Below are positions 39,201-51,304 of a stretch of 64,000 nucleotides of DNA, piece by piece. The notes beneath the pieces are model-generated. The model searched no databases and was not told the origin of the DNA. It saw only the letters and a program-made list of their open reading frames with translations. Position 1 is the first letter of the stretch. Each line of letters starts with the position of its first letter. The translations under genes were made by a program, and so were the position numbers. The stretch lies in NCBI GenBank assembly GCA_043228905.1, contig JBHGNT010000006.1:19220001-19284000 (forward strand), in the 5' to 3' direction. Source of the DNA: Azolla caroliniana. Lineage: Eukaryota > Plantae > Polypodiophyta.

Positions 39201-40850
39201 GGGGGATAGTGTCACGATATAGCATGGTTTGGCTTCCAAAGGATTTGAACCCATGAGAACCCATGACCTTGTGTCACATGAGTTGAAGCTTTACCATTAA
39301 GCTATACATTGTAATACAAAGAAAATTATTTCCATTTATTATTTCACCTAGGAAACCCATGTATATTCTAGATTTCTCTAGAAAATTCTAGCAATATCAA
39401 GAGTACTCCTAAGCATACTATAAAAAGAGGCACATGGCATTATTGAGAACCAATTCGGTTCAACGCCAATCTTGAGCCTCCTAGCTATTCTTGTATATTC
39501 TTTTCATATATATAATATATCGTTTGTTACCATCATTCTCACTCTCTCCTTCTCCGGAGAGTTCTACACCTTTTTCCCTCTTAGTACTAATCCTCATCTC
39601 TAGTACTAATTCCCTCTCTGTCTTAATACTATTCCTGACAATACATCTTTTCCCCTCTTAGTACTAATCTTCATCTCTAGTACCAATTCCATCTTTGTCC
39701 TATTACTATTCCTGACAGTCGAACGTCGAAATCGAACAGTTGTCGAGATGACTAGGTGTATGTTGAAGGCACAAGTGCTGCTCGATCCATTCTGGGCTGA
39801 AGCAGTGAATACAACAATTTACATCCTCCATCGGAGCTACACGAAGGCACTTCAAGGGAAAACACCCCAAGAAGCTTATTCAGGCAAGAAACCTTCAGTG
39901 CCGCACTTCAGAACCTTTGGGTGTACATGCTACGCACATGTTCCAGATGTGAGAAAAAAGAAATTGGATGCTAAAAGCAAGAAGTGTATCTTTCTCAGGA
40001 ATAGTGAAGAGTCAAAGGCCTATCGACTCTATGATCCAGAGACAAGAAATATATTGACAAGACGTTGTCGCGGTAATCCGCGAGTATGTGTCGAAAGGGT
40101 CTCGGATGAGGAAGAGATGGATGCCAGGAGACCGACCCTCTCCGGTCCCTGTTGCACCGGTTGTGGCGCAAACCGGAACGACTCCGGATGTGTACCGGAA
40201 GCCACCGAACACGAGAGAGGGAGAGAGAGAGAATACGTGCAACACCGACTCAACGCACGCTACTTATGTACAGAAAAGGAAAGAAGAAACTCCGAAGACG
40301 CAGACACAAACACAAATGCACAAAACTTCACTATTGTTGAGAGACAAGCTCAACATTGGCCAGATCGGCTGAAGAAGCCGAGGACTGGATCGGTTGGGAC
40401 CGATCGGTTAGGCCAAATGCGTAAACTGGTACGCAGACCGGTGCGTAGGTAGGGCCAGATCGGTGCGTAAACCGGGAGGCTGTTAAGAAAGATATTCCGT
40501 GAGGAATATATTTGGGAGTTAGTGTAGGAGCTCTTAATGAGCATTGAAGTACTGTCAGTCCATCTAGGACTTGTATAAAAGTGTTCATTGAACACACATA
40601 TGTATAGAGTGGTGAATAGAGATTGAGTATTTTTTGTTGTATATAGGTCTTGTGTTTGCTCTCTCTCACTCTCTCTGTCTCTCCCGCGTATACTGCGTAA
40701 GCTCAAGCTCTCCATTAAACCTGAGTTTTTTTCCTTCTATTCGGTCTTCATACTTGCTTCTGCACGCTATTCTTTACATGGTATCAGAGCGCGAGGGTTG
40801 AGAACCTCTCTGCAGCCGACACAGCTTGACGAAGAAGAACAAGAAGAACG

Positions 40851-43800
40851 ATGGATAGAGGCATGGCGAGCTCGCTTCCAACAGAGAACCTCGACAAAAC
40901 CAACTACGCATCTTGGTCCTACAAGATGCACCAGTACTTGCTCGGGCACAGCTACTGGAGTTATGTCGAAGGAGCTAATGACGCGACACCCGAATCGACA
41001 CATAGAGACTTCCCGTCGTGGGAGCAATCGGCGAGCAGGGTATTATACTGCTTCGCGTCGCGTGTGGGCGAATAGCTATTGAGCTATGTTCGTGATGCAA
41101 AGACGCCGAAGGGTGCGTGGGAAAATCTGAAGAAGATTTTCGCCTCGAGCACCACAGCCAGGAAGCTTCAGCTGCGATAGGAGTTGAGCAACCTACGACA
41201 ACGTGACTTGTCGGTGGCGGATTATACCTCGAAGATCAAGGATATCTGTGACTCCCTCGCCTCCATAGAGGTGAACATCAAGGAGAGCGAGATGGTCTAG
41301 ATCTGTCTCGGAGGTTTGGCGTCGAAGTTCGGAGCGTTCCGAACGGCTGTGTGTACCCGGGAGAATACGCCGTCCTTTTTCGACTTACAGTCGATGCTCT
41401 TGGTAGAGGAGAACCACGCGGGTGCGTCGACAAGCACGCACACCGACAGCAAGATGTTGTACACGGAGGGAGAAAGGCCTCGTGGTCGTGGCGGACGAGG
41501 CGAGTCGGTACGCAATGGAAGCGGCCGACGAGATCAAGGAAGATGGCACCGAAGTGATGTCGACAGCAACTCCGGACCCTCCGGAAACAGGGGGAGTCAA
41601 AGCGATGAGAACCGGCAAAGGAAGGCCATCGCCGAGTGCTGGTACTGTGGCAAGAAAGGCCATAGGGAAAGTGAGTGCTGGAAGAAGCGCGCCGATTTGG
41701 AGAGAACCGGTTCCGGAAACGGCTCCGGACATACCGACAAGGGAAATCGGCAGCGATCACACTACGCCCAAGACTCTGGGAGAGTCGGAGAAGGGTCTGC
41801 CTTCGTGTCGAGACACGAAGCAAACTCAATGAAACAGAGCACCCCGAGATCGGATGAGGTGTGGTACGTAGACTCTGGCACGTCAAACCACATGACGAGC
41901 CATAAGGAGTGGTTCTCGTACCTTGAAAAACCGATACAACCTGGAGTAGTCGCAGCAGGAGACGACACTCCGCATCCGATCGCGAATGTCGGAGAAGTTC
42001 CCCTTAGCCATGTCGGGCAGAAAGGGAAACTCATGAACGTGCTGCACGTTCCGACAATCACGAAGAACTTGGTCTCGGTCGGACAGATCGTCGACCAAGG
42101 GATGGAGGTTCGGTTTACACACCTCGGGTGCTTCATTGAGGAAGAAGGCCGTGTGATTGCGCAAGGGCGCAGAGACGGAACAAGCTCGACCTTATACACT
42201 CTGATGTATGGGGGCCGACACAAAACGTTAGTCTTGGCGGGAGCCGATATTTCGTCTCCTTCATCGACGACCACACGCGGCACACGTGGATCTACCTCAT
42301 TGAGAGGAAGAGCGAAGTCTTCGACTGTTTCCGGGACCTCAAAGGGTTCGTGGAAACGGAAACGGGACGAAAGATCAAGTGCCTGCGGTCGGATGGTGGG
42401 AAAGAGTACTTTTCCGGTCAATTCAATGGTTATCTACAACAAATGGGAATTCGGCGCGAATTCAGTTGTAGATACACGTCGGAGCAGAACGGCGTGGCCG
42501 AGAGGAAGAATCGGTTAGTTGTGGAAGCAGCATGGGCAATGCTGGAGGAGAAGAGCTTGCCCAAGTTCTACTGGGCCGAGGCGGTAAGGACCGCGGTATA
42601 CATCCAGAACCGGATCGGAGACAAAGTGTTGGCGCACTAGCTATATTTTGGAACGAAGCCGAACTTGCGACACTTGAGGGTGTTCGGTAGCATTGCGTAT
42701 GTGCATGTACCGAAGGAGAAAAGGAGGAAGTTGGACGCAAAGGCCGAGAAATGTATCTTGGTCGGTTACTCAGACGAGCAGAAGGGTTATAAGTGCTATA
42801 ACCCTCGCACCAAACAAGCGTGTGTTAGCCGCGACGTTGTGTTTGACGAGTCCGCGTCCTGGTACCAACCCCCGACTCCAATCCGAGCTTTGACGATGAG
42901 GTCAACGAGGCCGAGATGCCTCCGAATGAGCCCGAAATCGAGACCTGCGAAGAGAGTCCGATTTCACTCCGTTTAAGTGGACCGATTGGACGACTGAGTC
43001 GGTACGACCAGTCCGATGAAGAGCCGGCGAGTAGTGGAGACTCGGCCGTGCATTCCCCATGCAGAAGCCGAGGAGACGGCTTACGCACAAAGAGAAAGGG
43101 AAGAAGAAGGTGTCGGATTCCGGCACGCATAGGAACGAGTCAGACCGACGCAAGTCCGACTCTGAGGGAACCGATGACGAGTCTTTAAAGGTGAAGTCCG
43201 CATCGACCGAGAAGGCCTTGACATCGGCTAATGTGAGATTACGCTGATCTACCCGCCAAAAGAATCCTGTTTTGTGGTTCGGATACAACGAGTACATGGC
43301 GCATCATTATGCGTACATGACCCGTGTAGCGGAAGTGCGTGAGCCGGAGAGCTACGCAGAAGCGGCTAAAGACGCGAATTGGTGTGCCGCGATGAAGGAA
43401 GAGATGCACGCATTGGCGGAGAACGAGACCTGGGACCTGGTTGATGCTTCAAGAGGGGTAAAACCGATCGGGTGTAGGTGGGTGTACAAGGTCAAGTACA
43501 ACACCAATGGCTCGATCAACCGGTATAAGGCTCGACTAGTAGCAAAGGGCTACGCGCAGAAACACGGCATCGACTACGATGAGACGTTTGCGCCGTTCGC
43601 GAAAATGACGACCGTCCGTGTTTTGTTGCAGTAGCTGCGGTGAAGGGGTGGCACTTACATCAGATGGATGTAAAGAATGCGTTCCTGCAAGGTGACCTTG
43701 AGGAACAAGTGTACATGGTACAACCCCCCGGATTTCACTCCGGAACGAACTCCTCGGCAGTATGCCGACTGAAGAAGTCCCTTTACGGACTGAAGCAAGC

Positions 43801-44965
43801 CTCGTGTGCCTGGAATGCGAAGATCACACAACAACTGCGTCGGATGGGCTTCGCCACGTCAAAATCGGACTCTTCCTTGTTCATCCGGAAAGGTCGACTC
43901 GGACCGGTTAGTATTTTACTATATGTTGATGACTTGGTCATCACCGGTGCCGACCTAGGTGAAATCGATCGCGTGAACCTCCAGCTTGCGGCATCGTTCG
44001 ACATGAAGGATTTGGGGGACCTTCATTACTTCCTCGGGATCGAAGTGATCGGTACCCCCGAAGGCATATTGATCAGCCAACGTCATTACGTGCTGAGTAT
44101 GCTCTTCAAATTCGGGATGGCCGACTGTAAGTCCGTCTCGACTCCTCTAGACAGAACCGTCAAGCTTCATCCCGATACGGGAAAGGTATGCGACCCGACG
44201 AGGTTCCGACAAATTGTCGGAAGCCTCATATACTTGACCATCACCCGACCAGACCTCAGTTATCCGGTCGGAGTGATCAGTCAGTTCATGGCGCAACCTA
44301 CCGAGGAGTACCTTCAATGTGCGCAACGCATACTTCAGTATGTCAACGGCACTAAGGACCGGGGACTGCTATATCGGACCGGTGTAGCTGCGCAGTTAGT
44401 CGGCTACACCGATGCTGATTGGGCTAGCAACGCCGCCGTAGCTGCGCAGTTAGTCGGCTACACCGATGCTGATTGGGCTAGCAACGCCGCCGATCGCCGA
44501 TCCACGTCCGGATATGCGTTCTCCCTCGGGAGTGCCGCGATCGCCTGGAGCAGTAAGAAGCAACCGACAGTTGCACTGTCGAGCACCGAAGCTGAGTACC
44601 GAGGAGCGGCTGTCGTGACATGCAAAGCCATATGGTTGAAGCGGCTACTTAAGGACCTGTAAGAGGAGGTGTCAGATCCGACGATGATCTACTGCGACAA
44701 CCTCAGCAGCATCCAGCTCGCGAAAAACCCCGTTTTCCACGCATGGACCAAGCACATTAAGGTGCACTACCATTTCGTCCGTGAACGTGTCCTTTCCGGT
44801 GAAGTCGAACTTCAGTACGTTCCGACGGATTGGCAGACTGCCGACATCTTCACCAAGCCTCTTGGCTTGGACAAGTTGCGGCAATTCTCAGGTGCGCTCG
44901 GATTGCGTCACCTCGACGTGCCAAACTTGAGGGGGAGAACAGTCCCGAACGACCAAACAAGGTAG
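40851..44965 (+). pseudogene. Copia G gag-pol (degenerate)
   Basis: gag, PR, INT core, RT (QMDVKNAFLQG, YVDDLVITG) and RNase H. ~250-bp deletion at ~42179; 54-bp in-frame duplication at 44384-44491. Confidence 0.93.
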
Positions 44966-45098
44966 TAGGAAAGGAGCGGACACCGCGACACCTAGTCAGT
45001 TGACTCGGTTGTCGAGTTCGACTTCGGATCGGCTGAAGAAGCCGAGGGCGGACCCGCAGAAAAGTCCGGAAGCGGACAGAAGGGGAGCAACCGAAGCC

Positions 45099-45732
45099 TA
45101 TTGGGATTACGGTCCCTCCGGATGGGATGGTCAGATGTCCGGGAATCGGGAATGAAGACCCGAATGAGGAGTACCCGGTATCAGAGCCGGATGATGAAGA
45201 CCCGGTTTCGGATCCGGATGATGAAGACCCCGGCTACGGAGCCGGATGACGAATGTACCCGGAGAGAGATCCGGATGCGGGGACATATTTGTGAATATGT
45301 TTGCCAAGGGCCCTCTAGGCTATATTTGTAAATAGCCCGAAAGTCATATGTGTATAAATATGACTTAGGGCAAACAGTTTTGTTGTTGTTGCTCATTTTT
45401 CTGTTTTCCACTTAGAGGGAGCGAAGTGAGAGCAGCCGAGAGAGAGAGTGAGAGAGAGAGAAAGGAAGAGGTCGACGCCTCTGTGTAATACCGCCGCCTG
45501 TGGCGAGGACAGCGAGCTCAAGGTCGTCGCCTTGCAGCTCGCCATTGTACATTCCCTGCGTATAGTGATAGTTGGAGTCTTGCACTCCCGTGGTTTTTCC
45601 CGTCTAGGGTTTTCCACGCTAAACCCTGTGTATTCGAGTCTCTCTCTGTGTTTTCGATTTACTGCTGCATTGACTCGTGTTTCCTCGGTTGTGGCCGAGA
45701 GGTGAAGGTTTTGAAAGCGTCTATTTCTAACA
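45099..45732 (+). mobile_element. Solo LTR related to the element C LTR, inserted in the 3' region of G
   Basis: TA(TG)...CA ends; TSD AAGCC (45094-45098; 45733-45737). Shares GAGGAGTACCCGG, GCTATATTTGTAAATAGCC, ACTTAGGGCAAA and CCGCCGCCTGTGGCGA with the C LTR. Confidence 0.92.
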
Positions 45733-47882
45733 AAGCCAACCACGCATGGGGAAGTTGACACCATCGAGGGCGAGAAGACCGAAGACAAGTTGGAGACAGC
45801 CAACTCGGACGAGAGCGAAAACCGATCGGAGGTAGCCAAGTCGGTTCGCATGTTTGATTCAGATACGCTGAATCAACCGAGGCCCAAGCGGAAGAAAAGG
45901 CAGCAGGAGAAGCGTCAACACCGCAACAGCAGAAGAGCTGATAAGGGCCACATGAGCAGACAAGCCGACCGGAAGGGTCGAAGCGTGTGCAGTCGAACAG
46001 GTCGAGGAGCGCGAGCGAGGAGTGAAGCCAGGAGGAACCGGAGCTGTGAGCCCGAAGATCCCGAAGAGCCTCAAGTTGAGCTTGAGGGGGAGTGTTGAGA
46101 GACAAGCTCAACATTGGCCGGAACGGCTGAAGAAGCCGAGGACCGGATCGGTTGGGACCGATCGGTTAGGCCGAATGCGTAAACTAGTACGCAGACCGGT
46201 GCGTAAACCAGGAGGCCGTTAGGAAAGATATTCCGTGAGGAATATGTTTGGGAGTTAGTGTAGGAGCTCTTAATGAGCATTGAAGTACTGTCAGTACTTC
46301 TGTCAGTCCTTCTAGGACTTGTATAAAAGTGTTCATTGAACACACATATGTATAGAGTGGTGAATAGAGATTGAGTATTTTTTGTTGTATATAGGTCTTG
46401 TGTTTGCTCTCTCTCACTCTCTCTGTCTCTCCCGCGTATACTGCGTAAGCTCAAGCTCTCCATTAAACCTAAGTTTTCTTCCTTCTGTTCGGTCTTCATA
46501 CTTGCTTCCGCACGCTACTCTTTACAACTATATATGTACAAGAGCACGATACAACCTCGGCTTCGAGCCGGACCAAGGTAGGTTAGGTTACAACAACAGT
46601 CTGCTGCCAAGCCGTCGATCGGGGAGCTCTCGGGCTCGTCGCGTCAAGCGGGGTCTTGCACAGGAGACAGGGTAGAAGCCTAAACCCCTTTAGACATACG
46701 AGCTCCTAATTGAACTAAACCCTAAATATACACGAAGACTCAACCCACACGACTACGACGAAGAAGAAGAACTTGACGAACCCTAATAGAAAACAAGAAA
46801 TTAAGAAGAAGAAAGATTCTCATACCTTGGACCTAATGGGATACCCTCCTAACTCAAAACGGGCAACCCCTTTACAAGGGACCCTCCCTTCCTTTTATAG
46901 CCCAAGGAGGGAGGGACGTTACAATGTGGGATAATTCTCCCCCTTATTCTATACACCATTTTCCTACTATACATGTGCACATGTTGCACATTGCCGACTT
47001 GCCCAATCCATCCCGGTTTCACACCAAAGTCGGAAATCTTCATGATATCCACCCCCACCAAACCGCACATCCACCGGTATGTGCCATGGAAGGAAAAGGT
47101 GAGAGATTTCAACGACGGTGATCAACTGGGTTCTCTGCCTTCCCCGCACCCGACTACCTTGCCAACTCCTACCGGCCCCGATCCGTCGAATTTCGGACCG
47201 CTCCCATCCTCCTTCAGGGAGCTCGCCTCCGCAGCTATCCTCGTTGACCTTGCTCGACTTCATCTTCCATTTCGAGCACACCCGTCCCTTCCACACGAAC
47301 CGTCGTAGCCTCTCGATCCACCATATCCGCCGCACATCCCTGAACCGTCAGCTCCATCCGATCCGCCATATCCGACGCTTGCAACGTCTTCCCCGATTGG
47401 TCCTCCCGAACACCTCAACGTGCCCCCTCTCTCCGTTCTGCGCTTGCCTTCCGTAGGGTTGTCCCGTGCGTCGATGCCGTCCTCCGAATACGCGCTCGTT
47501 CTTCGATCCTTAGGTGACCCCGTTACGCGCTCCTTGCTTCTCCCTTGTTCACCGTGCTCTCTCGTGGTAGAGCGTACCATCATCCTGACCTTCGTGTCAA
47601 GGTCCTTCGCGACTCTTGTTACCGCTTCATCCCGACTTGCGTCCTCTTGGCGCGCTTGGCCTCGCATGTCCTCTGGGATGTCGCGTTTTCTCTTCCTGAT
47701 GCATAGCCCTTTGTTCTCCGCACACCATCCTCAACTCTTTGTCGTTCATCCGCCGATCCTGACAACTCACCGCTTCGCCTTCTGTCCTATGCTTGCCTCT
47801 CAAAGGCTCGACCAGACCGCTATCACCAGTCACTTGTTCCTTGGCCCTCCGCCAGCCGTAGTGCATGCTCCGTTTCATGCCC

Positions 47883-48770
47883 TTCACTCGCCGTAGTCCC
47901 AACCTCCGCGTCAGCCTCTTCGTCCTTCTTTGTCGTAGTCCTTTCCGGCTCCGTTTGGCCCTCTTTGACCCGCTCGTTTGTCTTTCCGCACCAGATACCC
48001 GTTTTAGTAACCTTGTCCGCTCCAGCCTCTAACTCCTCTTCCTTGTTCTCCTTGTCGTCGTGTTGGCTTGCCACGCGAGTCATTGCCACTCCATGTGAGC
48101 CACTGAGATCTCCGAAGCGGGCGTGCAGGACCCTTCTTCGGTCACCGATACCGTTTCCGGCTATCGACCCGTGCAACCTATCCCGCGCCCTGTTTTTGAC
48201 CCGACATCACCGTGTGCCGTCTTCCACCTTCCTTGCTCGACACCGCCTATGCCGAACACCGTCTCGTACCCGTGCTTTACTTCGGCCCTCGATGGCCACA
48301 CACATGTCTTCCGATCCACTTCCACGCTCTTCACTCGCTATAGTCCCAACCTCCGCGTCGGCCTCTTCTTCATTCGTTTGCGTAGTCCTTTCTGGCTCCG
48401 TTTGGCCCTCTTGGCCCCGCTCGTTCATCTTTCCGCACCGGATACCCGTTTCAGTAACCTCGTCCGCTCCAGCCTCTGACTCCTCTTCCTCATTCTCCTT
48501 GTCTTCGTGTTGGCTTGCCACACGAGTCATTGCCACTCCGTCTGAGCCGCCGAGATCTCCGAAGCGGGTGTGCAGGACCCTCCTTCGATCACCGATACCG
48601 TTTCCGGCTATCGACCCATGCAACCTATCCCGTGCCCTGTTTCCGACCTGGCAACACATTGTGCCGTCTTCCACCTTCCTTGCCCGACACTACCTGTGCC
48701 GAACACCGTCTCGTACCGGTGATTTACTTCGGCCCTCAATGGCCACACGCATGTATTCCGATCCGCTTCC
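47883..48770. repeat. 447-bp tandem duplication inside F
   Basis: TTCACTCGC..TAGTCCCAACCTCCGCGTC at 47883 and 48330; period 447 bp (149 codons). Confidence 0.9.
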
Positions 48771-48939
48771 GGGTGTGCCCTTTCGGCTCGACACACCGCT
48801 CCCCGCTTGGGTGTCCTTGGTAGCTTTCCGTGCAGCTACCCTTGAAGGATCACCCTTGCCCATTTCAGCCCGCCTGTCCTTTGTTGTTCTCGCGACGCCT
48901 TGGTTGCTCGGTGCCTCAGCTCTTACGACCTTCATCTCC

Positions 48940-49690
48940 TCGTCGCCACCGTCAATCTCTTGGTCTTACATCGGCTCTACTACCGATTGCTAAAGTCTCT
49001 AGCCCGGTGTGGAGGATCCTTCTTCGGCCTCCGATATGTCTCAGCCACCACCTCGTGTACGAAGCGCATCCCGTCTTCGTCCTGCTGGCCCCTGCCGATC
49101 GGGTCCGTATCTGGTCTGTGGCCACGTCACCGGCCTTATACCTCTTTCCGCTCGTTCGGCCCTTGCTTTGTTGGATCCCGTTCACCGGTCGCCATCGTCC
49201 TTCTCTCTAGGTCTCACGCCGGCTCTTGGGCCGTCTGCCGGAGTCTCCGGATCGGTGTGAGGATCGTCATAGGATCGTCCCATCCCTGCCTTCGCCCTGA
49301 TCCCCTCGCCGCCACTGTCAGTCTCTTGGTCTTACGTAGGCTCCACTATCGACTGTTGAAGTCTCTAGCCCGGTGTGGAGGATCCTTCTCCTTGGGCCTC
49401 TCGTCTTTCCCGACCCTATCCCGGGTCGTCCTTTTCCGCATGTCAAGAGGGTGGCTTGCTCTGCACCCTCTCCCATGGTACCGATGCACCGTGTTCCGGC
49501 CTCTTCGTAGGCCTATTTCCTCCTCCCTTCCGGATCGGTTATCCGGAAGTCCGCTCTCCCGGTTCTCATCCGGGCTCGTTTGACCTCTCTCTGCATCACC
49601 GAGTCCCATTCTCCTGCCGCCACCGTTAGTATCTTGGTCTTACGTCGGATCCGATGCCGACCGCCGAAGTCTCTAGCCCGGTGTGAGGTG
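48940..49690. repeat. Three dispersed ~80-bp repeats inside F
   Basis: CGCCAC.GT.A.T.TCTTGGTCTTAC...AAGTCTCTAGCCCGGTGTG at ~48940, ~49305 and ~49615. Confidence 0.8.
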
Positions 49691-50479
49691 ACCCATAGGA
49701 CTGGTCTTCATTCTTCGCTTCCAGATTGGTTATCCGGAAGTCTGCTTTGCCTGGTTCTTGTCCGGGGCCACCAACCCTTTTAGTGGTGTCGGTGGAAAGC
49801 ATCCGCTCTATGATCGATCAAGCCCCTCCTGGGCTTGATTCTCCAATGAACGGAGTTTCGGCTCCGATGCCGATCCTACCAGACTCGTTCTGTACTCTCG
49901 ATCACCTTCTTCCCGACTCCTGACCTTCACCCAGTCGGTCTTTCTCCCCATGTAAAAGAGGGCGGCTCGTCCCACACCCTCTCCCATATCGCCACCTTCA
50001 TACCGAACCTGGCCCCTGTCGATCGACTCTACTGCCTCTCCCTTGTCTTCCATGTCTTGGGCCGCTTTCGGTCGAATGATCCACATCCAGATCGTGCTCC
50101 ATCCGAATAGGAATGCTGACCAGTTCGATCCTTGGTCGGGTTGACTTCCAATTCTGCTCCCCTTGGCGCCACCTCTCATTCTGTCTTCTGTCGCGGCTCA
50201 GTCCTCGAACTCCTCGTAGGACGTTTCCCATCCATCTTCGTTGGCATCGTGCTAGGACTCCTTGTTGGCGCCTTCCATCTCTCCGTCTTATGGCGGCACA
50301 CAGGCTCGACTGCCGGAATCTCTGGAATCCGCATGGAGGGCTCTTCTCCGCTCCCGACCTCCTCCTCGGCCAGTCTTTCTCTGCAAGTCAAGGGCGTCTC
50401 ACTCCACACCCTCTCCCGTGGTACCGTCATACCATTCTTCGGCCTCTGCCTGGGCCATGTCTGCCTTTTTCGGAAGGCC

Positions 50480-51304
50480 GACTAGCTCCGAGTCTTCGGA
50501 ATCTGCCCGCGTGTCGAATCTCTCCTCTTTGTCGACCATCGCCTTCAGAGCATCGTACGCTTCTCAGACCAAGGCTTCGATATCGAGCTTCGCCGATTCT
50601 TCTTGTTGCGTGCCCACTTCTTGCCGTGATGACACACCATCGTGCGTTATCTTCCCTTTGCCTTTCGCGGACTGCTCCTCATCCAACCGTCGGCATACTC
50701 GTTCGGCTTCCGACTAGTCCTCGGTACGACTATTCGCTCCGTCGTCATCTTCGAGCTCAATTCCGATGGCCTCCCGTTCCACTTGGTTGATCGACCTGAC
50801 GAACAACAGGACTTTGTCCACCCCCACCAGTCTTTGTTCCCGCTTTGGGAGCCGAGCAAGCCATCGCTCGAACTCTCGAAACGCCTTCGTTGTGCCCTGA
50901 TGGCTCTTTGCCAATGCAACCCACTGGTCGAAGTCGCGTCGTGCCTGGCTCTTCCATCGTCCTCCATATGCTTGCAAGAGCGCCTCTTCGAAGGCCTCCC
51001 ACGACCCATGAGCTTCTCGGAGCTCCTTTACTTCCGCGTGCACACGGACGGTGATGACCCGACAGAAGAACTTCAGCCTCAATGCCTCATCTACGCCTCC
51101 CACCTCCATTTCCGCATTGTAGGCTTCCAAGTAGGATGGGACTTTGTCCCTGTTGAGACGACTGACTCTTTTGACCACTCGCTCAATAGCTTGTTGCGTC
51201 GCTTCTCGCCGCATCACCACTCGTCCAAACTCCAACACCACTTTTGCCACCATCTCCGCGAAGTCATCGTCTTCCGACTCCATCCTCCCTTGCCACCCTT
51301 TCAC
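50480..51304 (-). pseudogene. Element F gag (capsid-like), with nonsense codons
   Basis: ORF 50714..51304 (RLNRDKVPSYLEAYNAEM...SWEAFEEALLQAY...DKVLLFVRSI) starts immediately after the PBS and continues in frame past a TAG. Confidence 0.75.

Larger units (their letters stand above)
34021..39717 (+). mobile_element. Element E: full-length Tcn1/sushi-like chromovirus (Ty3/Gypsy with chromodomain)
   Basis: LTRs 34021-34495 and 39210-39717. TSD GTCGA. PPT AAGGGGGGGGATAG. No tRNA-type PBS. Confidence 0.96.
40335..46526 (+). mobile_element. Element G: Ty1/Copia, same family as B
   Basis: LTRs 40335-40778 and 46093-46526. TSD ACTAT. PBS TGGTATCAGAGC at 40779. PPT at 46082-46092. Internal sequence near-identical to B. 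Confidence 0.97.
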
